A DNA stretch of 63,155 bases, the filler included, from Vannella sp. (taxonomy: Eukaryota): the NCBI GenBank assembly GCA_023345925.1. It is 8 parts of 8 records of this genome, joined end to end, with 100 filler letters (N's around TTAATTAATTAA, not from the genome) between each part and the next. Parts side by side here need not be neighbours in the genome. Positions count along the whole stretch, not along the records: positions 1 to 10,015 come from JAJQQN010000486.1; 7 more parts are not named here. One strand, given 5' to 3'. A program made the translations under genes and the position numbers. Shown here piece by piece: positions 1-10,115 of the stretch; positions within the stretch are counted from its first letter, which is position 1, and each line of letters starts with the position of its first letter. The notes under the pieces were generated by a model. The model worked only from the letters and a program-made list of their open reading frames with translations, was not told the origin of the DNA and ran no database searches.

Positions 1-822
1 GACTTCCTTTCCATTGTAGAACATAGCACGACTACCAAGATTCACAAGTGCTAAAAGCTCCTCTTCCTCCTTCACATAGAGCCGGGCCACCTGGATGTTC
101 CGAATAGATCCACCGCACACAAAGTGATCCGAGTAAACAGTGGGAATGACGTGATGCTCTATGCCTGTGAGTAGATCCTTGAGCTTGTTTAACAACTCGG
201 CACGCTTTCTCAATCCTTCCTCAATCGAGGAGGCGACAATGAAGAGGTTTACATCCGCGGCGCTCCTTGGCACAAAATCATCTGAAAGACTCGCAATCAC
301 TGCAGAGCCACAAAGCAACACACTTGGGGATAGAATCGTGTGTAAGTCAAGTCCTGCAAAGTTCAGGAGGTTCTCCTTGAAGCCTTGGAGGGATGCAACG
401 ATGCAAGTTCCAGAGCGCTTTGGCAAGTGTTCAACCAACTCTGGACAATATGATGAGGAGAATTGGAAGAGAGGATTCGAAAGGCCATCCTCTCCAAAGG
501 CGGAGTGCGTCTGGAGCTTTTCACGGGGGAAAGGGTAAGGATCAGGCTCTCCAGTTGAGCTACACCCTCGAGTCAAGTAGTGTTGAAAAATCGCCTTGTT
601 GTTCTCTCTCCGCGAAAGCTCTGTCATGGAGGGGAGAATGCGATGAACATGAGGATGCTGGGAGCGACTTAAGCCTTCAGGTGGGTTGAGGAGGTGAATG
701 GGCAAGGCGCGGGACTCGAAGAAGATGGAAGCTGTTTGATCATGATCTAGGCCTGCAGCAAGTGCTTCAAGACCGTCCCAATCTATACCATCGTCCGTAA
801 TGAAGTCATGCAAGGAAGGCAT
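1..822 (-). CDS. Partial protein (runs off the window edge) with a putative degenerate Pol-beta-like nucleotidyltransferase domain
   Basis: Manual translation gives a stop-free 274-codon frame from ATG 822 to position 1 (MPSLHDF...FKENLLNFAGLDLHTILSPSVLLCGSAV...ADVNLFIV...RNIQVARLY...AMFYNGKEV). It is absent from the ORF track because no stop lies in the window. Confidence 0.6.
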   Translation of the reverse strand, partial: MPSLHDFITDDGIDWDGLEALAAGLDHDQTASIFFESRALPIHLLNPPEGLSRSQHPHVHRILPSMTELSRRENNKAIFQHYLTRGCSSTGEPDPYPFPREKLQTHSAFGEDGLSNPLFQFSSSYCPELVEHLPKRSGTCIVASLQGFKENLLNFAGLDLHTILSPSVLLCGSAVIASLSDDFVPRSAADVNLFIVASSIEEGLRKRAELLNKLKDLLTGIEHHVIPTVYSDHFVCGGSIRNIQVARLYVKEEEELLALVNLGSRAMFYNGKEV

Positions 823-1003
823 GACAGCGACAACGAACTGAAGGGCAACAACAGAATGGGTTCTTCTCTTTTCTTACTTCCCCTGTTCTTTTCCTTGGCG
901 AGCTGCGATGGTTGAAATACGGTGGTTGCAGAGTCTTTTCTATGATTGTAAATCATGTTGATGAAGCCCAATATATGATAGAATTAATGAGTAATCGATC
1001 ACC

Positions 1004-1017
1004 AGGTCACGTGACCT
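1004..1017. promoter_or_regulatory. Perfect 14-bp palindrome AGGTCACGTGACCT (E-box/CLEAR-type bHLH site) in a divergent promoter
   Basis: Seen directly, between the head-to-head ORFs starting at 822 (-) and 1274 (+). Confidence 0.45.
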
Positions 1018-1273
1018 CCCCAATGAAAGAAAAGTCGCTCTGAAGTACCCAAAACTCAAAAAATGAAATCAGCCCAAAAGCTTATCCTGAAGAGATGGAG
1101 GTCATCAGGACATTCCACGCAAACACGAGTTTTGGAACCCTCTCTCTTCGCTCATGGATTTTCTCAATCTCACAGCAAAGGCGAACTTCCTCATTGAGTA
1201 AGACCCTTCCTTCCCCTTCCCTCCTGAACTCTTCATAAACACATGACACACTTGCTTTGGCTCATTTAATGGG

Positions 1274-2908
1274 ATGTTCGGGGAGAGGCGCGTGTGGTTG
1301 GTGGAAGAAGGAATGGGGCCCGTTCAATTCTCTACTTTGAGGGCCCAGCTGAAGAAGAGGGGTGTTAAACTACATCATCGACTACATAGTAGCACGGAAT
1401 ACATTGTGAGCGCCCTGCCACTGGACAAATTCCTCACAAGGACTGCTCTTCGAGCTATTCCTCCTCCCACTCGCTATCTTCCACCCTCCTGGCTCTCACA
1501 ATGCATTCAAGATGGGCGCATATCCTTGCCCTTTGTCATGCCTTCCACAGAGCGTCCTACTCTTCCACAAAAGCGGCCTCGACCACAAAGCCCAACCAGA
1601 ACTCGCCTCTCGCCCCTCCGTGACAGCCTCCCTTCGAGTCTCTCTGTTCAGAAGGACCATACTCAATCCCCTCCGAGGCCAGATTCCTTCCCAACGGACG
1701 AAGAATGCGACCCTGATCTCGACATGTGGCTGAATGAGCTTCCATCTTCCATGCCAGACTCAGCTACGATGCCACAAGAAGCCATCTCAGGCAGTCAGCT
1801 GAGAAAACAGCTTTGGAAGATCAATCCGGCTCACTTGGCGTGCCAAAAGAGAGTTGCTGCAACACACCCTCAAACGGACCTTCCAGAAGATGAAGAAGAT
1901 GTCCTAACGGGGACCAGCAGCCCAAACAAGAGGCTCATTGAGGTATTGTATCAAATGGAGTGCCTTGAGAAGAACCAGGGAGAGCAATGGAGGGCCCTAG
2001 CCTATCGCAAAGCCATCACCGCACTGAAACGTCACCCAGAACCGATAACCACGACAGAGCAGGCCCTTGCACTTCGAGGAATCGGAGAGAAGATCGCAAA
2101 GAAGATCGGAGAGATCAATGAGACCGGTTCCCTTCGAAGACTGACTTCAGACCGGAGGACAGAAGCCGTCCAAATGCTATCAGAAGTGTGGGGGGCGGGC
2201 CCAGAAGCCGTCAAAAGATGGCTTTCTCTTGGCTATTACACTTTAGAAGACCTCCAATCACACCCGGAAGCCCTTACAAAGCAACAAACCATCGGAGTCC
2301 GGTTCTATCACGAGTTTCAAATGCGCATTCCGCGTGAAGAGGTGGCAGAGATCTTCAAGCGCTTCTCTGAGATTGTAGTGAAGTTGGCTCCTGATATTAC
2401 TATGGAAGTGTGCGGCTCATATAGGCGGGGAGCGAGCGATTGTGGAGATATTGATGTACTTTTAACCCACACAGATGCCTCGCTTGAGAAGACTTTGCTT
2501 CATCTGGTTGTCGCTGAGCTTCATAAGCACAGTCTGCTCACTGCTGACCTCTCTACTGGATCCAATAGCAAGTATATGGGCGTTTGTCAACTCCCTCCAC
2601 CACATGGAAGTGGATTTCACAGGAGAATTGACATTCAATTCATTCCCAAGGATCGGTGGCCTCTAGCACTACTCTATTTCACAGGCTCCGCACACTTTAA
2701 TCGATCAATGCGATTGTGGGCGCGGCGGAATGGTTATTCCCTTTGCGAGAAGTCACTCACAAAGCGCTTTGTTCTCGGGAAAACGGTCGCAGGAGAGCGG
2801 GATTCGGAAGAAGATCTCAAAGGCCAGCCCATTCCCATCCGGTCTGAACGGGAAGTCTTCCATCTGCTTGGCCTGGAGTTTGTCCCTCCCACTGATCGAA
2901 ACATTTGA
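1274..2908 (+). CDS. POLL: DNA polymerase lambda (X family) with N-terminal BRCT
   Basis: BRCT-like WLSQCI; HhH GIGEKIA; GSYRRG..GDIDVL; RRIDI; ALLYFTGSAHFNRSMR typical of Pol lambda. Confidence 0.9.
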   Translation: MFGERRVWLVEEGMGPVQFSTLRAQLKKRGVKLHHRLHSSTEYIVSALPLDKFLTRTALRAIPPPTRYLPPSWLSQCIQDGRISLPFVMPSTERPTLPQKRPRPQSPTRTRLSPLRDSLPSSLSVQKDHTQSPPRPDSFPTDEECDPDLDMWLNELPSSMPDSATMPQEAISGSQLRKQLWKINPAHLACQKRVAATHPQTDLPEDEEDVLTGTSSPNKRLIEVLYQMECLEKNQGEQWRALAYRKAITALKRHPEPITTTEQALALRGIGEKIAKKIGEINETGSLRRLTSDRRTEAVQMLSEVWGAGPEAVKRWLSLGYYTLEDLQSHPEALTKQQTIGVRFYHEFQMRIPREEVAEIFKRFSEIVVKLAPDITMEVCGSYRRGASDCGDIDVLLTHTDASLEKTLLHLVVAELHKHSLLTADLSTGSNSKYMGVCQLPPPHGSGFHRRIDIQFIPKDRWPLALLYFTGSAHFNRSMRLWARRNGYSLCEKSLTKRFVLGKTVAGERDSEEDLKGQPIPIRSEREVFHLLGLEFVPPTDRNI

Positions 2909-2951
2909 CCCGTTTCGGAACGCAAGTTTGAAGAGAGTTATTGAAAATCTC

Positions 2952-4489
2952 TTAACCCTCTCCTTGAAGCTTTGATAGCTCTCGTTTGTGTTGATTAAGC
3001 TCTTGTTGAAGATGTGCCAAGTGACTTGACAAAGAAGCTCGCTCCCTTTCAGCCTGCTGCTTGAGGTGCTCCTGGTCCTCTAAAACACTCTCTTCTTCTG
3101 TTTTGTTGTCTAGTCGAGGGGAGGTCACGGGATTGGGAACACTCCTTGGCTCTTGAAACTGGAAGAGAGAGAATGGTATTGGTGACACTTCTTGGAGCCG
3201 TAAAATATGTTCCTTTTGAGTGCTAATGATCTCATGCAAATATCCAAAGTGTTGCAAGCTTATCAGGGAGGATTTGGGCACTTCTTTAGACCGAATGGCT
3301 CCCTCTGATGAAAAGGGATCTTCCTCTTCCGCACAAAGACGGTCAATCTCCTGTGTGAGTGCCTCAAAGCCCATTAGATCTTCCTCGTTTACTCTCCCTT
3401 CTTCATAGTGTTCCTGCTGCTCCTCTATCAAAGAGCTTTGCTGTCTGAGAGTGTCACCAATGGACTGGACAAGTTGGTGATGATATCTGGTCTCCTCGGA
3501 TCCCTGAATCGATTCTAGAAGAGCTTTGGTACACTTTTGTATCGAAGAGCTCTTCTGTTGCTCGTCCCAGAGCATTTGCTCTAAAATAGAATTCTCTTCC
3601 TTGAGGCTGGCCACCTCCTCGGTTCGGTCAGCGGACTCTCTTGTAAGTCTACAGTTCATCTGGATTAGGTTCTCTTGAAAGAGATAGCTCCGGTTCTCTG
3701 CTGCTGTACAGCGGAGGAGTGTCTGCTTGTGGATACAACACATCTTCTCTAATCCCTCAGCCACAGCCTGGTACTGTTCAGGAGGGGCTTCAGTAAGCTC
3801 ACATAAGATAAAGTCGGCGCCCTCTATCACAGGATCTCGCTCCCTGCCTCGTTCCTTCTCTGAAAGGCGGTTGAAGAGGAAAACGAGCAAGATCAGCTCC
3901 TCCTCCTCTGGGTTGTCACCAGAGAGGAGCTCATCTTCGGTTAAAGGGACATCAGAGGGCTTTTTAGGTGATAGATCGATGCTGCATGGACAGTTAGAGG
4001 CTGTTCTGGGTCACATGGAGGAGCATCTTACCACTTTCGAAGTGAATCAAGTGTCTGATCGGGAGTGAGGGCCTGGTACTTGCGTAGTAGAGCTGCTTGA
4101 AAGGATGGACGGTTTGAAGACAGGCGAACCTGGTCTAGGACGAGGCTTTTCTCCGCCACATTTGCAAGGAACTGGATGGCAGAGCTCTCAGACGAGAACA
4201 CATCTTGCATTGAGGTGAGAAAGCTTCCTCCAGAGGAATGCATCGGCATCCTACCTTCAACACCATCTCCTTGCCACCGTCTGAGAACTTCGAGGTTCGA
4301 CTCCACTTCCGCGTTCGATTGAGGTTTGCAGACATGTCCAGGAAGAAGAAAGTGGTCGAATGAGCTCAACTCCACCAAATGGAGAGCCAAAGAGCCATCC
4401 ACTAGATCTTCAGGCAACTTCTTCAACACCAAACCGCGCCTTTGCAGCAACGAGTTAGCCCAAGCGCACCAAAAGTCCCTTTGCGCCAT
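2952..4489 (-). CDS. Calponin-homology (CH) domain and coiled-coil protein, 2 exons
   Basis: FWCAWANSLL...LPEDLVDGSLALHLVE resembles a CH domain. A GTAAG...CTAAC..CAG intron at about 3982-4031 joins ORFs 4028..4513 and 2952..3890 in frame. Confidence 0.6.
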
Positions 4490-4558
4490 GTAAAATGAAG
4501 TTCTCGTTGGCACAGAAGGAACTTGTAAAAACTGGAATCTCGGACATTATTGCCAAAC

Positions 4559-4578
4559 GATCGATCGATCGATCGATC
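4559..4578. repeat. (GATC)5 palindromic microsatellite between divergent genes
   Basis: gatcgatcgatcgatcgatc seen directly. Confidence 0.9.
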
Positions 4579-4643
4579 TGTGTTTCGTGGTTTGAAAATT
4601 TTGGTTCGTCGTTGGATGCCCATTCTCCCTCCTCCCCACTCCA

Positions 4644-4874
4644 ATGAAGTTCTCCTTTGTTTTCGTGATCCTCCTTATCGTGAGCTGTGCTTTCGCTATC
4701 CAGATTGGAGGCGAAGACCCTTGTGGATCTGTTGCCGACAACTGCTCGGACTGCTCTGGCTCTGCCCAAAACTGCGGTTGGTGCCCTGGCACTAACTCTT
4801 GCATCTCTTACAACAACGCAAACCCCTATGCCAGTTGCCATTCTATCATCCTCACGGCTGCTAAGTGCCTCTGA
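4644..4874 (+). CDS. Small secreted 8-Cys PSI-like peptide (76 aa)
   Basis: Signal peptide MKFSFVFVILLIVSCAFA; mature part C..CSDC..CGWC..C..C..C matches PSI spacing. Confidence 0.7.
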   Translation: MKFSFVFVILLIVSCAFAIQIGGEDPCGSVADNCSDCSGSAQNCGWCPGTNSCISYNNANPYASCHSIILTAAKCL

Positions 4875-5090
4875 GCCATTGCATAATGTTCCTGTGCAGT
4901 AAAGCCCTATTGTTATGAATCCCATGTCCTACACGCGTGTGAGGCCTATTTTTTCAACATTTTATATGAAGGGAAACTATCAGAAAGGTGTCCAGAAGAA
5001 AGTTTGTGAGAAGGTAAACCCACCAATCACACAGCTTCGAATCTGGTTTCCACCAATCAGGTGTCATTTTCCACCCTCCCTCTCCAACAG

Positions 5091-6083
5091 ATGGGCAAGG
5101 AGCAGAAGACCTTCTCTGATGGGAGCTCTTATGAAGGAGAGATGGCAAATGGTCGCTTCAACGGCAAAGGAGTGTTCACTTTCCCCGACGGTACTTCAAT
5201 GACTGGAGAGTTCAAGGAAGGAAAGCCTAATGGGCTCATCAACTTCAACTTTGTGAACGGAAGCACCCTCGAACAACAGTACACTGACGGAAAGCGTGTG
5301 GAGACTGCCACTTTCTCAACCAAGCGCGGTAACACATGGAACACGAAAGCCCAGTTCTCAACCAAGAGTTGGAAGGGCACTTACCAAGGAGAGAACCGCG
5401 ATGTGTACGAAGGAGAACTCAAAGGAGCCCGTTTCCATGGAAAGGGTGTCTGCCGCTTCTCCGACGGTCGCGTCTATGACGGTTATTGGAAGGAGGGCCT
5501 CAAGCACGGCATCGGCTACTACGAGCTCTCAGACGGAAGCTTCTACCGCGGCGACTTTAAGAATGGAGCTCGCCATGGCAACGGAGTCCACGAGTCCAAG
5601 GATGGAAGCAAGTACGAGGGAGAATTCCGCGCTGGAAAGAAGAACGGTTACGGCAAGTACATCTACGCAGACCAGTCCATGTATGAAGGACAATTCGTCA
5701 ACGACAACTTCCACGGTAAAGGACGCTACGTCTTTGCGGATGGAGAGACCTACGAGGGAGATTTCCGCGATGATGTGTTCTGCGGTCAAGGCGCTTACCA
5801 CTTTGCTGAGGGCGACGTCTATGAAGGCCAATATGTTGGTGATATTATGCACGGATGGGGCAAGTACACCTTTGTGGATGGTCGCGTGTATGAGGGCGAG
5901 TTCAAGGCCGGTCGCTTCGATGGAAAGGGAACGTACACTTATCCTGACGGCAGCAAGTACGAAGGATTCTTCCAACAAGACAAACGCCATGGAAAGGGCG
6001 AGTTCACTGATACCAAAGGCCAACGCTTCAATGAGGAATGGAAGAAGGGCGAGCGCATCAAGCACGAGCCAGCCACCGACTAA
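5091..6083 (+). CDS. MORN repeat protein
   Basis: About 12 YEGxFxxGxxxGxG repeats; first ATG at 5091. Confidence 0.92.
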   Translation: MGKEQKTFSDGSSYEGEMANGRFNGKGVFTFPDGTSMTGEFKEGKPNGLINFNFVNGSTLEQQYTDGKRVETATFSTKRGNTWNTKAQFSTKSWKGTYQGENRDVYEGELKGARFHGKGVCRFSDGRVYDGYWKEGLKHGIGYYELSDGSFYRGDFKNGARHGNGVHESKDGSKYEGEFRAGKKNGYGKYIYADQSMYEGQFVNDNFHGKGRYVFADGETYEGDFRDDVFCGQGAYHFAEGDVYEGQYVGDIMHGWGKYTFVDGRVYEGEFKAGRFDGKGTYTYPDGSKYEGFFQQDKRHGKGEFTDTKGQRFNEEWKKGERIKHEPATD

Positions 6084-6155
6084 CTGTACTCTCTCCTTCC
6101 CTTCCCTAGGCGAACGATAATCGATTCTCCCTTCTATTAGCTCCTTGCTTGCACT

Positions 6156-9053
6156 TTATCTTTCCTCTTCCTGTTGAGGGGGCGAAGGGAGAACCTCGCC
6201 CTCACAGAGGAGGGGAACTTGGTCGTCCGCAGGAGAGGCGTTGGCATTGGGGACCTTTTGAGAGAAGATCTCTTGCAAATCAGCATCGTCGATGGGCTTG
6301 CTGCGGATGTGTGGAAGAGGGGAGACGACGTAACTGGCGGTCCTCATGGTCTTCTCCTCATTGAAAGTGGCCACGGCGCTCTCATCATCAAGCCACTTCA
6401 AGTGATACTCGCCTTTGTAAGGAGCCAGAATGCGGTGGAGATCGGCCGTCTTGATGGATGGATTGAGTTGATAGAAGAGAAGAGAAGCGGGCTTGCCAGA
6501 AGCATTAATGCCGTCTCCTGTGCCAGGTTGTCGAGGGACTGGATAACGCGCGACCAGTTCAGAGAGGCGGAGTTGGGGAGCGCGAGAATTGAGCTTTTGG
6601 GTGACAATCACGTTCCGCAGGGGTTCGTATCCTTCGGAATTGGAGTCCAGACGGTAGAACTCTGCCATACCGTGGATGATACTTCGATAGTAACTGTTCA
6701 TCGGGGGGAATCGGTGAATGACTGCCTTGGTGCCCAAGAGGAGGGCAAAGTCTGCTTCAATCTGCTTCACAAAAGAGGGACAAGTCGTCGCAGCATTCGT
6801 CAATAGAACGGGATAGGTGGGAGAGGAGCCATCGCTGGATGAGACCTCCGTTTTGATCTTGCCAAAGGCAGAAGCGAGCTGTTGCTGGCGCATGCGAAGT
6901 ACACAAACATCGTTACATTCCAATCGCACATAGTCATCATTGGCATGAAGGTTTTGAGGCCCTCCGCGCTCGCATTTACCTTTCATCACAAAATGTCCGC
7001 AAGGACAACGGAGGTTTACGGGCTCCTGGCACACAAGATGAGGGCAGTTTTCTCCTGGATGACAGTCCGCGTCACATTTGTGCTCGCACATGAGTTTCCC
7101 TGCGTTGCACCGGGTCCCACAGGAGTTTCCCAGTGGGATGGACGAATCCACGCATGTCCCTCCATGGCAAGAGCGGGGACATTTGTGGATGCCACAGGGT
7201 AGTTGCCTTTTGCAAAGCTCTCCGCAGCATGGTGCATCGACGTGGCACTGTGTCATGACCTCCTTTCTGCCACACCCGCACTTCCGATAGACAAGAACGT
7301 AACATTTCGGGCACTCTGCATCGTTATGGCAAGTGTGGTCCATTGGGTGATCACATGCATGCTCTCTTGTACAAGGTAGTGGGCATACAGGCGGAAGACC
7401 GCCACAAGGAATGGGCGGGAACAAGATAGTTCTCCCACAGTGACACGCCAACTCATCAAAAGAGGCATCCAGACACGGCGGACACTTGCCCCTGTGACAT
7501 TCCTTCTTACACTCGTGTTTTTTACAGCTGAGTAGCCGGCCACATGTCAATGGACATGGATGCCCGGCCTTCCCTATCTGGTACATGGCACAACAAGTGG
7601 TATTGCATCGGTGGTGGCCGCATTGTCTCTTCTGCTGGCAACTGATCTGACAGAGGACCTCCTTTGGGCCAGTCTCTGATCCTCGAAGATCAGCGCAAGC
7701 TACCTTTTGCTTGGTCATGCCACAGCGGCAGGGCTCTTTGACGTCTTCTTGGCAGCGGGGACATGATCCAACGTGACAGTTCTCCGTACATCGATGAGCA
7801 CCACATCCGAGCACCTTCTGGCAAGGACTATTGCAGAGAGGGAGTGGATCAAGACATGATCGCCGCTCTATCTCTTGTAAGGAAGAGATCGCAGCTTTCC
7901 CACACGGGCAGCTCTTCAAGTGTGTCCCAGTGGAGCAAGGAGGGCAGGTACCAGCGTGACAAGGGAGTGGGCACTTGTGATTGCCACAAGAGAGAGCTCT
8001 CCCACAAGAGTCGTTACAGACGTAGAACCCTTCATGTCCCCCTGCCGTGGAGAGGTCTCCAGAGCCGCACAGCATCTCCTGTTCCTCCTTCCCACAATAG
8101 CACGCTCGAGTGAGCACCAGCGAGCAAGGTGAACACTCATTCTCGTGGCAAACCTCCTGGCAGAGATGAAGTCCACAGTTCAGCATGTTCTCACACGGCT
8201 GCTGGCAACTCTTCCCTTCATTGAACTCTCCACACCGCAGTCGATACACTGTCTTCCCGCAGAAGCACTTCTCCTGTGGACCCATGGCGGGGCAGGGAGC
8301 GCACGGTCCGGGATGGCAGATCTGCGTGCAGCGGTGCGTGCAAGAGGTTCCCTCTCGAGATCGCTGACACACTTCTCCACAGGAGTGGGGAACGAGATAG
8401 GGATCAAAGGCAGGCTTGCTGACTTTCAAACAGAAGCAACTCGCTCTTGCAGCTCGTTTGACCAAAGTGCGGCACCCAGGGCAAGCCCACGCAGTGATCT
8501 GTTGAGAGGCAGAGCTATTGTCCACTTCAGTGCTCTTGTGGGACCACTGCTTGATGCATTGGATGTGAAAGATGGCGTAGCAGTTCTCACAGGACCAGAT
8601 CGCCGCCTTCTTCCTCACCTGATCAAAGCAGACCATACATTCGTACTCCCCCTTGGAGAGGAGCTCTGTGAGTCTGAGGGATTGCTCCGTAGAGAACTCA
8701 ACAGAAGCCAGCTTCGTTGGTTTCCGTGCCTGCTTGATCACAGAGCTCGTAGTGGGTGGTAGCTCATTCAAAGAGGCCTCGATCTGCGCTTGTTCCAGTT
8801 TGGCGTCTTGTGTGCGGGTGTAGTTAGCGGCAGCGGATGACTGGTTGCCTCCACGACCACGGTTCCGTCTTCCGCGGTTGTTTGGGGCTCCCTGGGCCAT
8901 TGGAGCGCTTGAGAGAGAGCTTATATGCGAAGAAGAGTGATTCGCTTCCGCAGAGGCTCCGTCAGCGGCGACATTAGCCGCTCTTCTTCGGAACTGACGT
9001 GGCTTACGGCTTCCTCGGGAGGAAGAGGAGCTGGGAGGGACTGGTTCGCTCAT
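6156..9053 (-). CDS. NFX1: NF-X1-type zinc finger protein (RING, NF-X1 repeats, R3H, C-terminal RRM-like)
   Basis: YECMVC..IWSC..C..IFH..CI..W RING; many CGxHxCxxxCHxGxC repeats; R3H motif FPPMNSYYRSIIHGMAEFY. Confidence 0.88.
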   Translation of the reverse strand: MSEPVPPSSSSSRGSRKPRQFRRRAANVAADGASAEANHSSSHISSLSSAPMAQGAPNNRGRRNRGRGGNQSSAAANYTRTQDAKLEQAQIEASLNELPPTTSSVIKQARKPTKLASVEFSTEQSLRLTELLSKGEYECMVCFDQVRKKAAIWSCENCYAIFHIQCIKQWSHKSTEVDNSSASQQITAWACPGCRTLVKRAARASCFCLKVSKPAFDPYLVPHSCGEVCQRSREGTSCTHRCTQICHPGPCAPCPAMGPQEKCFCGKTVYRLRCGEFNEGKSCQQPCENMLNCGLHLCQEVCHENECSPCSLVLTRACYCGKEEQEMLCGSGDLSTAGGHEGFYVCNDSCGRALSCGNHKCPLPCHAGTCPPCSTGTHLKSCPCGKAAISSLQEIERRSCLDPLPLCNSPCQKVLGCGAHRCTENCHVGSCPRCQEDVKEPCRCGMTKQKVACADLRGSETGPKEVLCQISCQQKRQCGHHRCNTTCCAMYQIGKAGHPCPLTCGRLLSCKKHECKKECHRGKCPPCLDASFDELACHCGRTILFPPIPCGGLPPVCPLPCTREHACDHPMDHTCHNDAECPKCYVLVYRKCGCGRKEVMTQCHVDAPCCGELCKRQLPCGIHKCPRSCHGGTCVDSSIPLGNSCGTRCNAGKLMCEHKCDADCHPGENCPHLVCQEPVNLRCPCGHFVMKGKCERGGPQNLHANDDYVRLECNDVCVLRMRQQQLASAFGKIKTEVSSSDGSSPTYPVLLTNAATTCPSFVKQIEADFALLLGTKAVIHRFPPMNSYYRSIIHGMAEFYRLDSNSEGYEPLRNVIVTQKLNSRAPQLRLSELVARYPVPRQPGTGDGINASGKPASLLFYQLNPSIKTADLHRILAPYKGEYHLKWLDDESAVATFNEEKTMRTASYVVSPLPHIRSKPIDDADLQEIFSQKVPNANASPADDQVPLLCEGEVLPSPPQQEEER

Positions 9054-9411
9054 CAACAAAGGTGAGTGAAGCAGTGAACTAGAGAAAGAAACGAAGGGAG
9101 GCAAAGACAGAGGGAACTAGCCGTATCTCCACGAGAGTGGAAGAAAGAATGCCTTTCTGAGAAATCTTTCGGATTCTCCCTTCTCAGTTTCTTAAGGTCC
9201 CCTCAGAGGGTGATACAACAGTCAGTTTCCTCGGGTCTGGTGCAGCTCCAAGGAGAAAATCTACGAAGAGGTCAAGCGAGTGAGACCATGCAGGTTGGTG
9301 ATTCGTGGATCGGATGATCGGGAAACTGCCAGTTTAGGTCTTTCCGGAAGGTTCCTTGAAATTCGTGAATAGGCCAATGGGATGAGGCTCACAGAGCACT
9401 CTTTTTTGCCC

Positions 9412-10015
9412 ATGCACTCGCTTCATCTGTTCCCCGTCCTACTTCTCTTCGTTGCTGCTATCCCTCAGTATGAGAAGAACTCACTTCTTGCTCTCTTTGA
9501 CGCCACTGGTGGCCCTTTCTGGACCAACCAGAATTGGAACCCCGTCATGGATCCTTGCGTGGTTTTCTGGTATGGAGTTACGTGTTCGTACAGTTCTTTC
9601 GGAGCAAACGTGATTGCCCTCTCCCTCTCAGCCAACAATTTGACTGGATCGCTTCCGGATCTGCAACTTCCTGCGCTGAGGACATTGTAAGAAGGGCTCT
9701 TGTTCTCTTTGCAAGAGAACGAAACTGATTGAAACAGGGACTTACAGCAAAACCACATCAGCGGTACTCTTCCTGAATGGTCCAATCTAACTAATCTGGT
9801 TTCCTTGTGAGTACTTCCTCACATAGAATGAAGCACATGGTTGCCAACTGATAAGTTTCAGGAAATTGCTTTTCAACGAGATCAGCGGAACTCTTCCCCA
9901 GTGGCCCAATTTGAAAAACCTTCAACAGATGTGCGTAGTTTCTGTTCACAACGAAGAGCGTGAAATGGAGCATTTCCTCTTGATCAATAAGTGCTGGAAG
10001 AAGGAGGCTTACACA
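9412..10015 (+). CDS. Secreted/surface LRR protein, 5' part: signal peptide, LRR N-cap, one-LRR-per-exon array; truncated by contig end
   Basis: Exons 9412-9686, 9738-9806 (69 nt) and 9862-9930 (69 nt); cap motif W...DPC..WYGVTC; LRRs xLxxNxIxGxLPxWxxLxxLxxL. Confidence 0.85.
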
Positions 10016-10115
10016 NNNNNNNNNNNNNNNNNNNNNNNNNNNNNNNNNNNNNNNNNNNNTTAATTAATTAANNNNNNNNNNNNNNNNNNNNNNNNNNNNN
10101 NNNNNNNNNNNNNNN
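10016..10115. other. Artificial contig linker
   Basis: N44-TTAATTAATTAA-N44, with stops in all six frames. Confidence 0.99.

Noticed and set aside
5296..6120. Long overlapping ORFs (274 aa on +, 178 aa on -) over the MORN gene
   Set aside because: Shadow frames produced by repeat structure and codon bias; no protein-like features
1274..9053. Functional cluster or operon among neighbouring genes
   Set aside because: Functions are unrelated, strands are mixed, and adjacency across linkers is artificial
10016..10115. Repeated TTAATTAATTAA flanked by N runs (7 copies) as a biological repeat or CRISPR-like array
   Set aside because: Identical 100-bp six-frame-stop linker used to concatenate contigs; ORFs containing X runs are artefacts
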